64,000 bases of DNA from a virus. A program made the translations under genes and the position numbers. The first letter of the stretch is position 1. Each line of letters starts with the position of its first letter. The stretch covers positions 24,572 to 88,571 of IMG/VR virus record IMGVR_UViG_3300028837_000875; one strand, given 5' to 3'. Positions 46,386 through 55,744 of the stretch are shown one piece after another. The notes below the pieces were generated by a model. The model did not search any database and had not been told where the DNA came from. It saw nothing but the letters and a program-made list of their open reading frames with translations.

Positions 46386-46681
46386 AAAAGAAACTGAGAA
46401 AGAAGAAAATAAAAACTGAAGTCGAAATATGGGAGCCGCTTAGTGATTGCGTGATGCTCTCTATTATAGATTCTCCTCCCGAATTACACAAGTGTAAAGT
46501 TTTGAAGGTTGGTCCAGGTATTCCAACCTATATGGGAACTATATATCCCACAGGAATAAAAGTTGGTGACATCGTATTGATAAGTCGTTATCCGCATATA
46601 GATTTGTTCAAAGGCAAGGAGCGTATTATATTAGTTAGAGCTACGAAAATTCTCGCGCTTTGCAAGAAAGTGAAATCATAA
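46376..46681 (+). CDS. groES: GroES/Cpn10-like co-chaperonin lacking the mobile loop
   Basis: EPLSDCV...KVLKVGPG...IKVGDIVL...VRATKILA. Confidence 0.7.
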   Translation: MGMKKKLRKKKIKTEVEIWEPLSDCVMLSIIDSPPELHKCKVLKVGPGIPTYMGTIYPTGIKVGDIVLISRYPHIDLFKGKERIILVRATKILALCKKVKS

Positions 46682-47265
46682 TGAAGATAAAGAAAATCAA
46701 AGTTGCAGCTTTTCCTAAAAAGAAATACACAGTTATTTATGCAGACCCACCCTGGCCATTTGGTAGTAGAACAAGAGGACCAAAAACTTCTGACCCATTT
46801 GTATCAATTGCTACTCATTATCCAACTATGAGCGTCAAAGAAATCTGTGCTCTGCCTATATCTCAAATCTCAAACAGCACGTGCGCTTGCCTCTTGTGGG
46901 TGCCTGATGCTTTTCTTGATGAAGGAATTCAAGCTCTTAAATCTTGGGGCTTTAAGTATAAAACAGTTGCGTTTGTTTGGTCTAAGATTACAAAGAACGG
47001 AAAGCAAGTTTGCAATAAAGCTCCTTACACAATGAAGAATTGTGAGTTGGTTTTGCTTGGCACTCGAGGACCAGTTACAAAGCTTATGAAAAAAAGAAAC
47101 GTAAGACAATTACAGATAGCAATCAGACCAAAGCAGCATAGCGCAAAACCAGACGAGATTAGAAACAAGATAGTAGAAATGTTTGGTAAGAGAGTCAAGC
47201 GGATTGAATTGTTTGCTCGAAAGAAATCTGAAGGCTGGGATTCGTGGGGCAATGAAATAAAATGA
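46681..47265 (+). CDS. MT-A70 family N6-adenine methyltransferase
   Basis: IYADPPW, HYPTMS, HSAKP, IELFAR, GWDSWGNE. Confidence 0.9.
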   Translation: MKIKKIKVAAFPKKKYTVIYADPPWPFGSRTRGPKTSDPFVSIATHYPTMSVKEICALPISQISNSTCACLLWVPDAFLDEGIQALKSWGFKYKTVAFVWSKITKNGKQVCNKAPYTMKNCELVLLGTRGPVTKLMKKRNVRQLQIAIRPKQHSAKPDEIRNKIVEMFGKRVKRIELFARKKSEGWDSWGNEIK

Positions 47266-48197
47266 GTTCAACATACTCACATATTTTGATAGACGGGAAT
47301 AACTTAGCACGGAAGAATTTCTATACGCATAAAGAGCTAAGCACAGAGCTTAATGGAGAGACTCTAAAGACTGGTACGGCATTTGGATTCTTGACTTCTA
47401 TTGCTTCTCTTTCTAAACGTTGGTTAAAAGAAGATGGCTCTTTGATTATTGTTTGGGACCGTGGCTATACTCGCAAGTTAAAACTATTTCCTGATTATAA
47501 AAAAGAGAGGCGAGAGAATAGAGACGAAGAGGAGTATGAAGATTTCAGAAAGCAACGAGCATTGCTTGAACGTTTGCTCAAGCATACAAGATTTAGTTCT
47601 GCCTTTGCTGAAGGCGAGGAAGCTGATGACGTTATGGCTACATTGGCTTTGAACATGTTGATGCTCTCAGAAGATTTCAAAGTTCTGATAGTCAGTAGTG
47701 ATAGGGATATGCATCAACTCGTTAGCAGAAGAATACATCAAATGAATATTTCACGCACAGGCAAAGAGCAGATTCTAAAGCCAGCAGAAATAAAGAAAGC
47801 ATATAGCGTCACGCCAAAACAATATTTATTGATTCAGCTTATGTGCGGCGATAAAGGAGACGGTGTTCCTGGTGTTCATTTGATTGGACCCAAGACTGCA
47901 TTGAAAATAATTCAGGCATCGAGCAAAGAGGAGCTTCTTGATTTTTCAGTTTCAGAAGGACAGAAGATGCCGAAGGCTTTAATAGAATGGCTCAAGAAAA
48001 AAGGCAGAGATATTGATGAAGTGAAAAAGCTTTTCGGCATAACGTATAACGTTCTGAAGCTTGACGTCAACATTCCTCCAAGGGCATTAAGAGTCAAGCG
48101 TGGCAGGAGTAATGAGGATAGACTTGTTGATATGTTTGTTGAGCTTGAATTTATGTCATTGATTAAAGGCAGGAAGTTCAGGGAGTTCATAGCATGA
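47262..48197 (+). CDS. 5'-3' exonuclease/flap endonuclease (Pol I N-domain/T4 RNase H-like)
   Basis: LIDGNN, YKKER, EADDVMAT, SSDRDMHQL, GDKGDGVPGV..IGPKTA. Confidence 0.9.
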   Translation: MSSTYSHILIDGNNLARKNFYTHKELSTELNGETLKTGTAFGFLTSIASLSKRWLKEDGSLIIVWDRGYTRKLKLFPDYKKERRENRDEEEYEDFRKQRALLERLLKHTRFSSAFAEGEEADDVMATLALNMLMLSEDFKVLIVSSDRDMHQLVSRRIHQMNISRTGKEQILKPAEIKKAYSVTPKQYLLIQLMCGDKGDGVPGVHLIGPKTALKIIQASSKEELLDFSVSEGQKMPKALIEWLKKKGRDIDEVKKLFGITYNVLKLDVNIPPRALRVKRGRSNEDRLVDMFVELEFMSLIKGRKFREFIA

Positions 48198-48829
48198 AGA
48201 AAAAAAGAATCAAGTTGACAGACAATCCTTGCTTCATTGGCTTGGACATGTCTATTAACGGAACTGGAATTTGCATCTTCAACAATGTGCAGAATATGGT
48301 TCACGTTGAGGTTGTTGAACCAAAACTTCTTGCAAGCTCTGATGTAGCAAAATGCGTCATAGGCAGATTAAGAATTTCTGACTTCAGTAGATACAGAGAG
48401 GTAGTCAATAGAATCATTCAACTCATTAAAGCATTTCAAGTCAAGGCAGTAGTAATTGAGAATTATGCTTTTGGTATCAGGAAGTCTAAATCTCTAACAA
48501 AACTTGGTGAGCTTGGCGGGATATTAAGAAATGCCTTGATTGATATGAGTATTCCTTTTACTGAGGTTACACCTAACTCAGCAAAGAAATTCATCAGCGG
48601 CAAAGGTGTATGTCCTGAACCTCTAATGCTTCTGAAGGTTGCAAAGAAATGGAAAGAGGAATTCGATTCAGTCAAGGATAGAAGAAAGATTGATGCAGCG
48701 ATAGCATATGGCCTTGGCAGAATTGCCTGGAACATATATTCTGAGAAATCAAAAATGAGTGATTTGCTTGAGTACGAAGTTGAAGTGTTAAAGAAGATTG
48801 CGAAGGATAAAGATGCCAAGGATAATTAA
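48194..48829 (+). CDS. RuvC-like Holliday junction resolvase
   Basis: IGLDMSINGTG, VVIENYAF, LGELGG, VTPNSAKKF. Confidence 0.8.
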   Translation: MKKKRIKLTDNPCFIGLDMSINGTGICIFNNVQNMVHVEVVEPKLLASSDVAKCVIGRLRISDFSRYREVVNRIIQLIKAFQVKAVVIENYAFGIRKSKSLTKLGELGGILRNALIDMSIPFTEVTPNSAKKFISGKGVCPEPLMLLKVAKKWKEEFDSVKDRRKIDAAIAYGLGRIAWNIYSEKSKMSDLLEYEVEVLKKIAKDKDAKDN

Positions 48830-49373
48830 AGCAACTTGGGATAATCTATATCACATGTGGAAAGACTGCAAGAGATGTGACTTGCATGAAAACCGCAGTC
48901 GAGTTGTCTTTGGCAAAGGTCCAAAGAAAGCGAAAATCTTTTTGATTGGTCAGGCTCCTGGAAAGACTGAAGATAAACTTGGAAAACCATTTGTAGGTTT
49001 GATGGGTAAACTGCTTAGAGAAATGATGGAAGCAATAGGAATGAGTCCTGATAGAATGTACATTTCTAATTCTGCGGCTTGTTATCCTCTTGCGGATGCA
49101 ATGCCCACAGTTCATCAAGTAAAAATGTGCTATCCAAGATTGAAGATGGAAATTGAGTTAGTAAAACCAAAATTCATTATCTATTGCGGAATGAGAGCCG
49201 CTACAATTTCTGGCTTGTGTGAAGAGTACGCAAGATTCTTTGAACAGTTCAAGACTTTATTTATGAATCATCCGGGTTCTATCAGAAGGGACTCGGGAAG
49301 AAAAGAAGATATAAGAAAGCAACTTCAATTTATTAAGGATGCTATCATAAGAGATGGAGGGAAAGTAGCGTGA
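48813..49373 (+). CDS. Uracil-DNA glycosylase family 4
   Basis: CKRCDLH, VFGKG, IGQAPG..ED..GKPFVG, YISN...C, HPG. Confidence 0.85.
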   Translation: MPRIIKATWDNLYHMWKDCKRCDLHENRSRVVFGKGPKKAKIFLIGQAPGKTEDKLGKPFVGLMGKLLREMMEAIGMSPDRMYISNSAACYPLADAMPTVHQVKMCYPRLKMEIELVKPKFIIYCGMRAATISGLCEEYARFFEQFKTLFMNHPGSIRRDSGRKEDIRKQLQFIKDAIIRDGGKVA

Positions 49374-52300
49374 TAAAATTTCCGAAGCTTGGCTACAAGA
49401 TTACAGAGAATGCCTTGGCAGTTCTGAAAGAACGTTATCTTTTTAGAAATCCAGAAGGAGAGATAATCGAGAATCCATCAGAAATGTTTTGGCGCGTAGC
49501 TAAGTATGTTGCTTCAGTTGAAAAGACAAAAGCAAAAAGAATTAAATGGACTGAGATATTCTATGATTTGATGGCATCGGGTGATTTCATGCCGAACACA
49601 CCGACGTTGTTAAATTCAGGCAGAGAAAATCTTTCAGTCCTTGCTGGTTGCTTCGTCATAGAGGTCAACGATACTATTTACGGAGGACTTGATTCTATTT
49701 TTGGTTCAATAGAACTCATGGCATTGATTCATAAGATGGGTGGAGGAACTGGTTGCTCATTTCATAAGCTTCGCCCACATGGAGCACGCGTTACTTCTAC
49801 TGGTCATGTTGCTTCAGGACCGGTGTCCTTCATGCGCAACTTTGATGAAGCGATTGAAGCAATTCAGCAAGGTGGCATGAGACGTGGAGCACACATGTCA
49901 ATAATGAAAGTAGACCATCCAGACATCGAAGAATTTATTGAATGCAAGAATAAGTTGAATCAAAGAACAAAAGTTGTTCTTGATAGAATAACGAAAGCCT
50001 TGCATCTTGATTTGGATGGAGAGTTCAGAACAATAATCAAAGAAGCTATCATTCGTTCACAACTGACAAACATGAACATTTCAATATCATTGACTGCTGA
50101 ATTTAAACAAGCTTTGAAGAAAGGAACTTCATACGATATAGTAAGTCCTCAGACTGGCAAAGTAGTCAGACAAGAAAATGCAGGACGCATTTTTAATCTC
50201 ATGGCTCAGAATGCTTGGAAGTCAGGAGAGCCTGGCTTTATTGATTTAGAAAGAATCAATGCAGATAATACTTGTCCGCATCTTGGGGAAATATATTCAA
50301 CCAATCCTTGTGTAGTTGGAGATACTCCAGTTTCAACAGTAAATGAAGGACCTCAAATCTTTGAGGATTTAGTTGGTAGAGAAGTTTTGGTTTATGCTTA
50401 TGATAATAAGAGTAGTGAAATCAAAGTAAGTATGATGCGCAACATACGAAGAACTGGTAAAAACATTCCTATTATGAAATTGGTAATTGATAAAGGAACT
50501 GCTAATGGTATTTTGAGTCAAGATTATAATGGACGTTTTGAAGAACACAAATTGACTCCTGAACACAAACTGTATTTAAGAAACGGTTTAGAAGTGATGA
50601 TAAAGAACTTAGTTCCAGGAGACAGATTGTTTCCGCATCAAATTAAAGCAAGCGGAAGAGCGAGAGTAGTTATAAGAAATGGATTAGGCAAATATAAATC
50701 TCGCTCTCATTATGTAGCAGAATATAAGTTTGGGAGAAAGCTTAGAAATGATGAAGTAGTTCATCACAAAGATGGCAATGGCAGTAATGATAATCCTGAA
50801 AATCTTGAAATTGAAACTGATAGTTATCACAAATCACATCATTGTAGAGACTCAAATTTAAGTGGCATACGAAGTTTGAAAGGCTCTAAGAATCCAAACT
50901 TTAATCATATCAAAAAAGAGACATTGATATATTATGGATGTCTCTGTGTTTCTAAGTATGGAACTGTCAGAAACGGAAGTGTTTGGAATGAGTTCAGAAA
51001 AGAAGTTAGAGAAATTGAGTTGCCAGGAAGAGGAACTATTGAAAGGCTATTTGGCAGTTATCGTGAGTTTCAAGAAGCATGTATCTTATCTTCTGTTTTG
51101 ATTGAAAATCACAAAGTTGTTTCAGTTGAATACTGTGGCAAAGCAGATGTATTTAATGGAACTGTAGATAAGTATCACAACTATTTCATTGCGGATAGAA
51201 AGGCGCGTTCTGGGAATTTAGTTACAGGAATACTCAGTAAAAATTGTGGTGAACAGCCGTTGAGACCATTTGAGTCTTGCACGCTTGGTTCAATTGCTGT
51301 TTCAAGAATGGTTGAAAAGAAAAATGGACAGCTCAAATTTGACTATGTCAAGTTCAAAGAAAGAATTTATCAGGCCATACGCTTTCTTGATAACGTTCTT
51401 GATGCACAAAAGTATCCAGTGTCTGAGATAAAAGAAGAATCACAACGTACTCGTAAGATAGGCCTTGGAGTTATGGGTTTTGCAGATTTGCTAATTAAGT
51501 TTGGCATTCCGTATGGCTCTCAAGATTGTATTGATTTGATTCATGTGATGATGTCTAAGTTTGAGATACAGACTCGTCGAGCTTCAATAGACCTTGCAAG
51601 AGAAAAAGGAAAGTTTCCAGCTTGGAAAAAATCGACTTATGGCAAACAAGGATTGCCGATGCGCAATGCAATGCGGACAACAATAGCGCCAACAGGTTCA
51701 ATCTCTGGGATAGCTGGAGTTTCGTTTGGCATTGAACCGCTTTATGGTTTATCTTTCACTCGTAGAATCTTGGACGGTAAAACATTTGTTGAAGTTTCAG
51801 AGGTTGCAAAAGAAGCATTGAAGCGCAAACATTGTTGGAGTGAAAGAGCAGAGCAAACGATTCGTGAAGATGGTACACTAAATAATTGTGAATGGATTCC
51901 TCCTGATATTAGAATGGCATTCAAGACAGCACACGAGATAAATCCCGAAGAGCACTTAATAGTTCAAGCAGCGTTTCAGAAATATATTGATAATGCTGTT
52001 TCCAAAACAATCAATCTTCCAAACTCTGCTACTGTTGAGGATGTCAACAATATATTCAGGAGAGCAATTGAATTGAAGTGCAAAGGCATCACTGTATATC
52101 GTGATGCTTCAAGAGAAGAACAAGTTCTAACTACAGGAAAAGCAAAGTTTCAATCAATTAGAGAAGTTAGAAAGAGACCAAGAAAGCTTAATGGAACAAC
52201 CTACGAAAAGCAAGTTGGAGAATGCGGCAAGCTTTTTGTAATAGTCAATTCAGATAAAGATGGTTATCCATTTGAGATTTTCATTGAGGCTGGAAAATCG

Positions 52301-52630
52301 GGTGGCTGTATGCAGTCTCAACTTCAAGCTATTGGAAGATTGATTTCAAAATCTTGGCAGAGCGGTTTGGGATTAGAAACAATAGTCAAGCAGTTGACAG
52401 GAATTACTTGTCATCAGTCTAAGCCTTCGTTTGATAAAAAACAATCGTTTCTATCTTGTGCGGATGCAATTGCAAAAATTATTCAAGAACATTTTATTGG
52501 AGAGGAAGGAGAGGAAGAGCAGTTTGATGAAAAGCCAAAGAGTAATATCTGCTCGTATTGCGGAGGGCCGATGATACATGAAGGACATTGTTCTACATGC
52601 ACGGCTTGTTTCAAAAGTTTATGTGGATAG
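49370..52630 (+). CDS. nrdJ: Class II (B12-dependent) ribonucleotide reductase with intein and C-terminal TSCPD/Zn domain
   Basis: VLKERYL, FMPNTPTL, GGGTG, QQGGMRRGA, NP|CGEQ, TIAPTGSIS, SKTINLP, KGITVYRD. Confidence 0.92.
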   Translation: MIKFPKLGYKITENALAVLKERYLFRNPEGEIIENPSEMFWRVAKYVASVEKTKAKRIKWTEIFYDLMASGDFMPNTPTLLNSGRENLSVLAGCFVIEVNDTIYGGLDSIFGSIELMALIHKMGGGTGCSFHKLRPHGARVTSTGHVASGPVSFMRNFDEAIEAIQQGGMRRGAHMSIMKVDHPDIEEFIECKNKLNQRTKVVLDRITKALHLDLDGEFRTIIKEAIIRSQLTNMNISISLTAEFKQALKKGTSYDIVSPQTGKVVRQENAGRIFNLMAQNAWKSGEPGFIDLERINADNTCPHLGEIYSTNPCVVGDTPVSTVNEGPQIFEDLVGREVLVYAYDNKSSEIKVSMMRNIRRTGKNIPIMKLVIDKGTANGILSQDYNGRFEEHKLTPEHKLYLRNGLEVMIKNLVPGDRLFPHQIKASGRARVVIRNGLGKYKSRSHYVAEYKFGRKLRNDEVVHHKDGNGSNDNPENLEIETDSYHKSHHCRDSNLSGIRSLKGSKNPNFNHIKKETLIYYGCLCVSKYGTVRNGSVWNEFRKEVREIELPGRGTIERLFGSYREFQEACILSSVLIENHKVVSVEYCGKADVFNGTVDKYHNYFIADRKARSGNLVTGILSKNCGEQPLRPFESCTLGSIAVSRMVEKKNGQLKFDYVKFKERIYQAIRFLDNVLDAQKYPVSEIKEESQRTRKIGLGVMGFADLLIKFGIPYGSQDCIDLIHVMMSKFEIQTRRASIDLAREKGKFPAWKKSTYGKQGLPMRNAMRTTIAPTGSISGIAGVSFGIEPLYGLSFTRRILDGKTFVEVSEVAKEALKRKHCWSERAEQTIREDGTLNNCEWIPPDIRMAFKTAHEINPEEHLIVQAAFQKYIDNAVSKTINLPNSATVEDVNNIFRRAIELKCKGITVYRDASREEQVLTTGKAKFQSIREVRKRPRKLNGTTYEKQVGECGKLFVIVNSDKDGYPFEIFIEAGKSGGCMQSQLQAIGRLISKSWQSGLGLETIVKQLTGITCHQSKPSFDKKQSFLSCADAIAKIIQEHFIGEEGEEEQFDEKPKSNICSYCGGPMIHEGHCSTCTACFKSLCG
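50309..51244 (+). mobile_element. Intein (312 aa) with HNH homing endonuclease
   Basis: Interrupts NP|CGE; starts CVVGDT, block B LTPEH, ends VFNGTV..YHNY...ILSKN; internal VHHKDGNGSNDNPENL. Confidence 0.9.
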
Positions 52631-52678
52631 AGAGCAAGAAAGGATAGATTGCTTGATTAAGAGCGAATTTGCTATGGA

Positions 52679-52730
52679 GAAGCGTCCTAGGACCTCGCCT
52701 AAGGCAATCCGATGGGGCTTGCCGAGGTAA
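52679..52730 (+). repeat. Dispersed GTCCTAGGAC element (copy 3)
   Basis: GAAGCGTCCTAGGACCTCGCCTAAGGC after the RNR gene. Confidence 0.7.
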
Positions 52731-52902
52731 GATACCATTCTTTTTTCTTAGGGAGCTAAGGAATGAAGAAAGAAGCATTGATTGAAGCTATCAAGAGAGA
52801 GTTAATGAGTCATTATCCTGAAGGGACTCAGTGGAGAGAATCAACTGCTGAGCAGCAAGCCAAAGCGTTAGTTAAGAAGTTTGACATCAGAGGAAAACGC
52901 AA

Positions 52903-53115
52903 ATGTCAGAAGAAAGAATCATAGCAACTGACGAAGATAAGATTGAGAGGTATCCAATTGTACTTCGTTTCAAGCGCGGAGATTTGAAAGTGCTTGAGCT
53001 TATTTGCAAGAAGATAATTCGGATGCATGGAATTGGAGCCGTGTATCCAGACTTAACTGAAAAAGAACTTGAACTAGTGAGGCTGATATGGGAATTCACG
53101 AACAAGACTCGTTAA
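52903..53115 (+). CDS. Hypothetical protein
   Basis: GAGG SD. Confidence 0.4.
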   Translation: MSEERIIATDEDKIERYPIVLRFKRGDLKVLELICKKIIRMHGIGAVYPDLTEKELELVRLIWEFTNKTR

Positions 53116-53522
53116 TTGAAAAAATTTCTGAAGGCTCTGATTTAAATGATGCTATGCTTATTGCTTTGAAAAGATGTAATGAGAAAATTAAGATATGGAT
53201 TGAAAGCTTGCCAGAAAGAGTTTTTTGTTTGTTATGTGGATTGCGTATAGAAAAGAGTGAGCTTCTTTTTTATACAGAGGATACTCCACAATTTAATTAT
53301 GATGAAGATAGCGGCACGCTCAAAGCCAATCGTTATGTTTTTGGAATGTGTTCTAAATGTGCAGAAGAATTAAACAATGAAGAGGATGCACTTGATAACT
53401 GGGACAATAAATTTATTCTTCCATGGCAAGAAGAATTGATTAAGGATGGAAACTGGGATATGTCAAATTTGCATACTCGCGGTGAAGCAAAGAGGTTTAT
53501 TGTAGATTGGTTAAAGAATTAG
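53088..53522 (+). CDS. Hypothetical Zn-binding protein
   Basis: CLLC...CSKC. Confidence 0.45.
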   Translation: MGIHEQDSLIEKISEGSDLNDAMLIALKRCNEKIKIWIESLPERVFCLLCGLRIEKSELLFYTEDTPQFNYDEDSGTLKANRYVFGMCSKCAEELNNEEDALDNWDNKFILPWQEELIKDGNWDMSNLHTRGEAKRFIVDWLKN

Positions 53523-53659
53523 AAGTCGAAGATATATTTTCTTCGGATGCTCTTGAAACATTAGAACTATTGTCGCTCAAGTGCAAAGTATCTGAAGAGC
53601 ACTGCATCACATTGTTGGAAGTTGTGAAAAAGAAAACTGAAATAGAAGGAGAAAAGAAG

Positions 53660-53953
53660 ATGAAGAAAGGCAAGACGAGAGGCAAAGATAAAAAAGTAAA
53701 GAAGGGCGGACCGCTTTCACGAATCTATTATGAATTATCAGATGAATTACAAGCAGTAGTAGGAAAGAAGAAAGCAAATCGTCCTGAGATTATGAAGGGT
53801 CTTTGGAAGTATATCAAAGCTGAAAATCTTCAGGACCCGGATGATAAGAGAACAATTGTATTTGATGAAAAATTTGCTGCTGTCTTTGGAGGAAAGAAGT
53901 GCGATATGTTCTTTTTAGCTAAGGGCATATCAAAGCACTTAAAAAGAATCTAA
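53660..53953 (+). CDS. SWIB/MDM2-domain protein
   Basis: LSDELQAVVG...RPEIMKGLWKYIKAENLQDPDDKRTIVFDEKFAAVFG...ISKHL; AAGGAG SD at ATG 53660. Confidence 0.85.
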   Translation: MKKGKTRGKDKKVKKGGPLSRIYYELSDELQAVVGKKKANRPEIMKGLWKYIKAENLQDPDDKRTIVFDEKFAAVFGGKKCDMFFLAKGISKHLKRI

Positions 53954-54033
53954 GAACAAGTATGTTCTTAATGGATAGAGAGTAAGCATGGTTGACGTAT
54001 TCTTATTTCTTAATTTTGAGAGGAGGTCTGGGG

Positions 54034-54717
54034 ATGGCTGGAAAGAATGGCAAGAGTGGACGCAGGTTTCAGTCTCACAAAATGCGGGACGTCATGCCAT
54101 CAGGTTTAGTTGCAAGCAAGGTGACTTGTTGTCATTGCGGAGCAAAAGCGGAGAGAAAGGATTCGCTCTGTGACCACAGGTTAAAAGATTCTGATGGCAG
54201 ATATTGTCGGTTCTGTTCTAACTGCACGGAGGTATTTAAAGCTGCTGTCAATGCAGTAGATGACCCAACTGGACTTGTGTTCGATGAAGGAGTTGAAGTT
54301 GACCTCGGAGATAAGGACCCGTTCTTCAGGATACGTTTTTTCTCTGAGCATGGAGAGATGCCTTCATGGAGAGTAGTTCCTCCTGAAGATGAAACAGGTG
54401 GACTGCTTGTCTTTGTGCGCAGGGTAGGTTCGTTCGTAGCAGTTAAAGAGGTTGGCGGACCAAAGCATCTCACGTGCAAGGTTGTCATCACAAAGAAGTC
54501 AACTCGCGTTGCTTTTGCAGAGCCTTATATTCCAAAGCCGTCAGCAAAAGTAATAATAGTAGAAGCAAGTGAGGAAGTTGAAGAACTTAAGAGTGAGCAA
54601 GATAAACTTGATGAAGCTCACGAGGAAGTTGATAAAGCAGAAGTTGAAAGTGATAAGGAAGAGATAGAGGAAAAAGAAAAAGAAGAGGAACTCGAAATCG
54701 AAAAAGAAGAGGAGTAG
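54034..54717 (+). CDS. Hypothetical Zn-binding protein with acidic tail
   Basis: AGGAGG SD; Cys clusters; Glu-rich C-terminus. Confidence 0.5.
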   Translation: MAGKNGKSGRRFQSHKMRDVMPSGLVASKVTCCHCGAKAERKDSLCDHRLKDSDGRYCRFCSNCTEVFKAAVNAVDDPTGLVFDEGVEVDLGDKDPFFRIRFFSEHGEMPSWRVVPPEDETGGLLVFVRRVGSFVAVKEVGGPKHLTCKVVITKKSTRVAFAEPYIPKPSAKVIIVEASEEVEELKSEQDKLDEAHEEVDKAEVESDKEEIEEKEKEEELEIEKEEE

Positions 54718-54746
54718 ATATGGCCCTTAAGGGTTCAGGTAAAGGC

Positions 54747-54806
54747 CTGTCTCTTATACACATCTCCGAGCCCACGAGACGCTACGCTATCTCGTATGCC
54801 GTCTTC
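54747..54806 (+). other. Illumina Nextera adapter read-through (artefact)
   Basis: CTGTCTCTTATACACATCT-CCGAGCCCACGAGAC, 8-nt index GCTACGCT, then ATCTCGTATGCCGTCTTC. Confidence 0.97.
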
Positions 54807-54824
54807 GAAAAGACGAAGCAATAA

Positions 54825-55034
54825 ATGAGAGATTGGAAACAGAAGTTGGCAATTTATCTTTTGGTAGGTGCTCTAACTTTTCTTGCTTTGATTGATGCAG
54901 AGTATAGACCAATCATAATTGGAATGTTAGCGCCGATAGTTATCTGGGTAATCGAGAGAAGGGATAAGGTTGAAAAAGAAAAGCAAAAAAAAGTCAAAGG
55001 CAATCAGACGAAAGAAGAGGGAAAGAAGAAATAG
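54825..55034 (+). CDS. Small two-TM membrane protein
   Basis: Two hydrophobic segments and a basic tail. Confidence 0.5.
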   Translation: MRDWKQKLAIYLLVGALTFLALIDAEYRPIIIGMLAPIVIWVIERRDKVEKEKQKKVKGNQTKEEGKKK

Positions 55035-55036
55035 AA

Positions 55037-55741
55037 GTGAAAATGGCCGAACGAATAAGTAAGTTTATTAAGGCAGTTGGACCAGCTACTAAAGCTGCTA
55101 AGGAATTTGAATCTTCAATGAAGGGAGTGGGTCAAGCAATGGCAAAGATTCAGCCAAAGAAATTAAGTGCTCATGGTCTGGGCCGAGAGGTTGTAGACCA
55201 TTATTCTAATTTATATGCTCGAAGAAAAGAAGAGAATATTCAAAAGGATATTGAGCGTCAAAGAAAGGAAGTCCGCAGAAAAGCTATTGAAAAGAAGCTT
55301 GAAGAAAGTAAGTCTATGCCAAAGAAGCTTAGAGACAAGCTTCAAGCCGAAGCGGATTCAATTAGTCTTGATGCTATCAATCCGTTTGTTATTCAGCCAA
55401 GGGTTGTGGCAAATCAGTCTATCCCTTGGCGTGGTACGGTAATAATTCCTTCCGAGAGGGAGCATCCAGTTCGTGTCAAGGAAATCAAGTTAGCTGATTT
55501 ATTTGTTAAAGAGGAAGTTGAAAAATCTGTTCCTGATGTGTTGCAAAGCAAAATAGTTGAGAAAGCCAAGAAGATACTAAGAAGAAACCCAAAGCTCAAG
55601 GGACCGCACATTAACGCTGAAGAGTTCAAGCGAAGAGTGGCCGAGGAAATTGAACAAGAGATTTCAAACGAAGAACAGAGAGACCTTCAAGAGAAGGTAG
55701 TTTTGAAACGCAGACGGAAGGTCATAAGAAGAAAGGACTGA
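55037..55741 (+). CDS. Hypothetical protein
   Basis: 234 aa; ends RRRKVIRRKD. Confidence 0.55.
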   Translation: MKMAERISKFIKAVGPATKAAKEFESSMKGVGQAMAKIQPKKLSAHGLGREVVDHYSNLYARRKEENIQKDIERQRKEVRRKAIEKKLEESKSMPKKLRDKLQAEADSISLDAINPFVIQPRVVANQSIPWRGTVIIPSEREHPVRVKEIKLADLFVKEEVEKSVPDVLQSKIVEKAKKILRRNPKLKGPHINAEEFKRRVAEEIEQEISNEEQRDLQEKVVLKRRRKVIRRKD

Positions 55742-55744
55742 ATC

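Noticed and set aside
54747-54765. Tn5/IS50 transposon end suggesting a mobile element
   Set aside because: It is followed by the Nextera arm, an index and P7 sequence, with no transposase; it is a library adapter.
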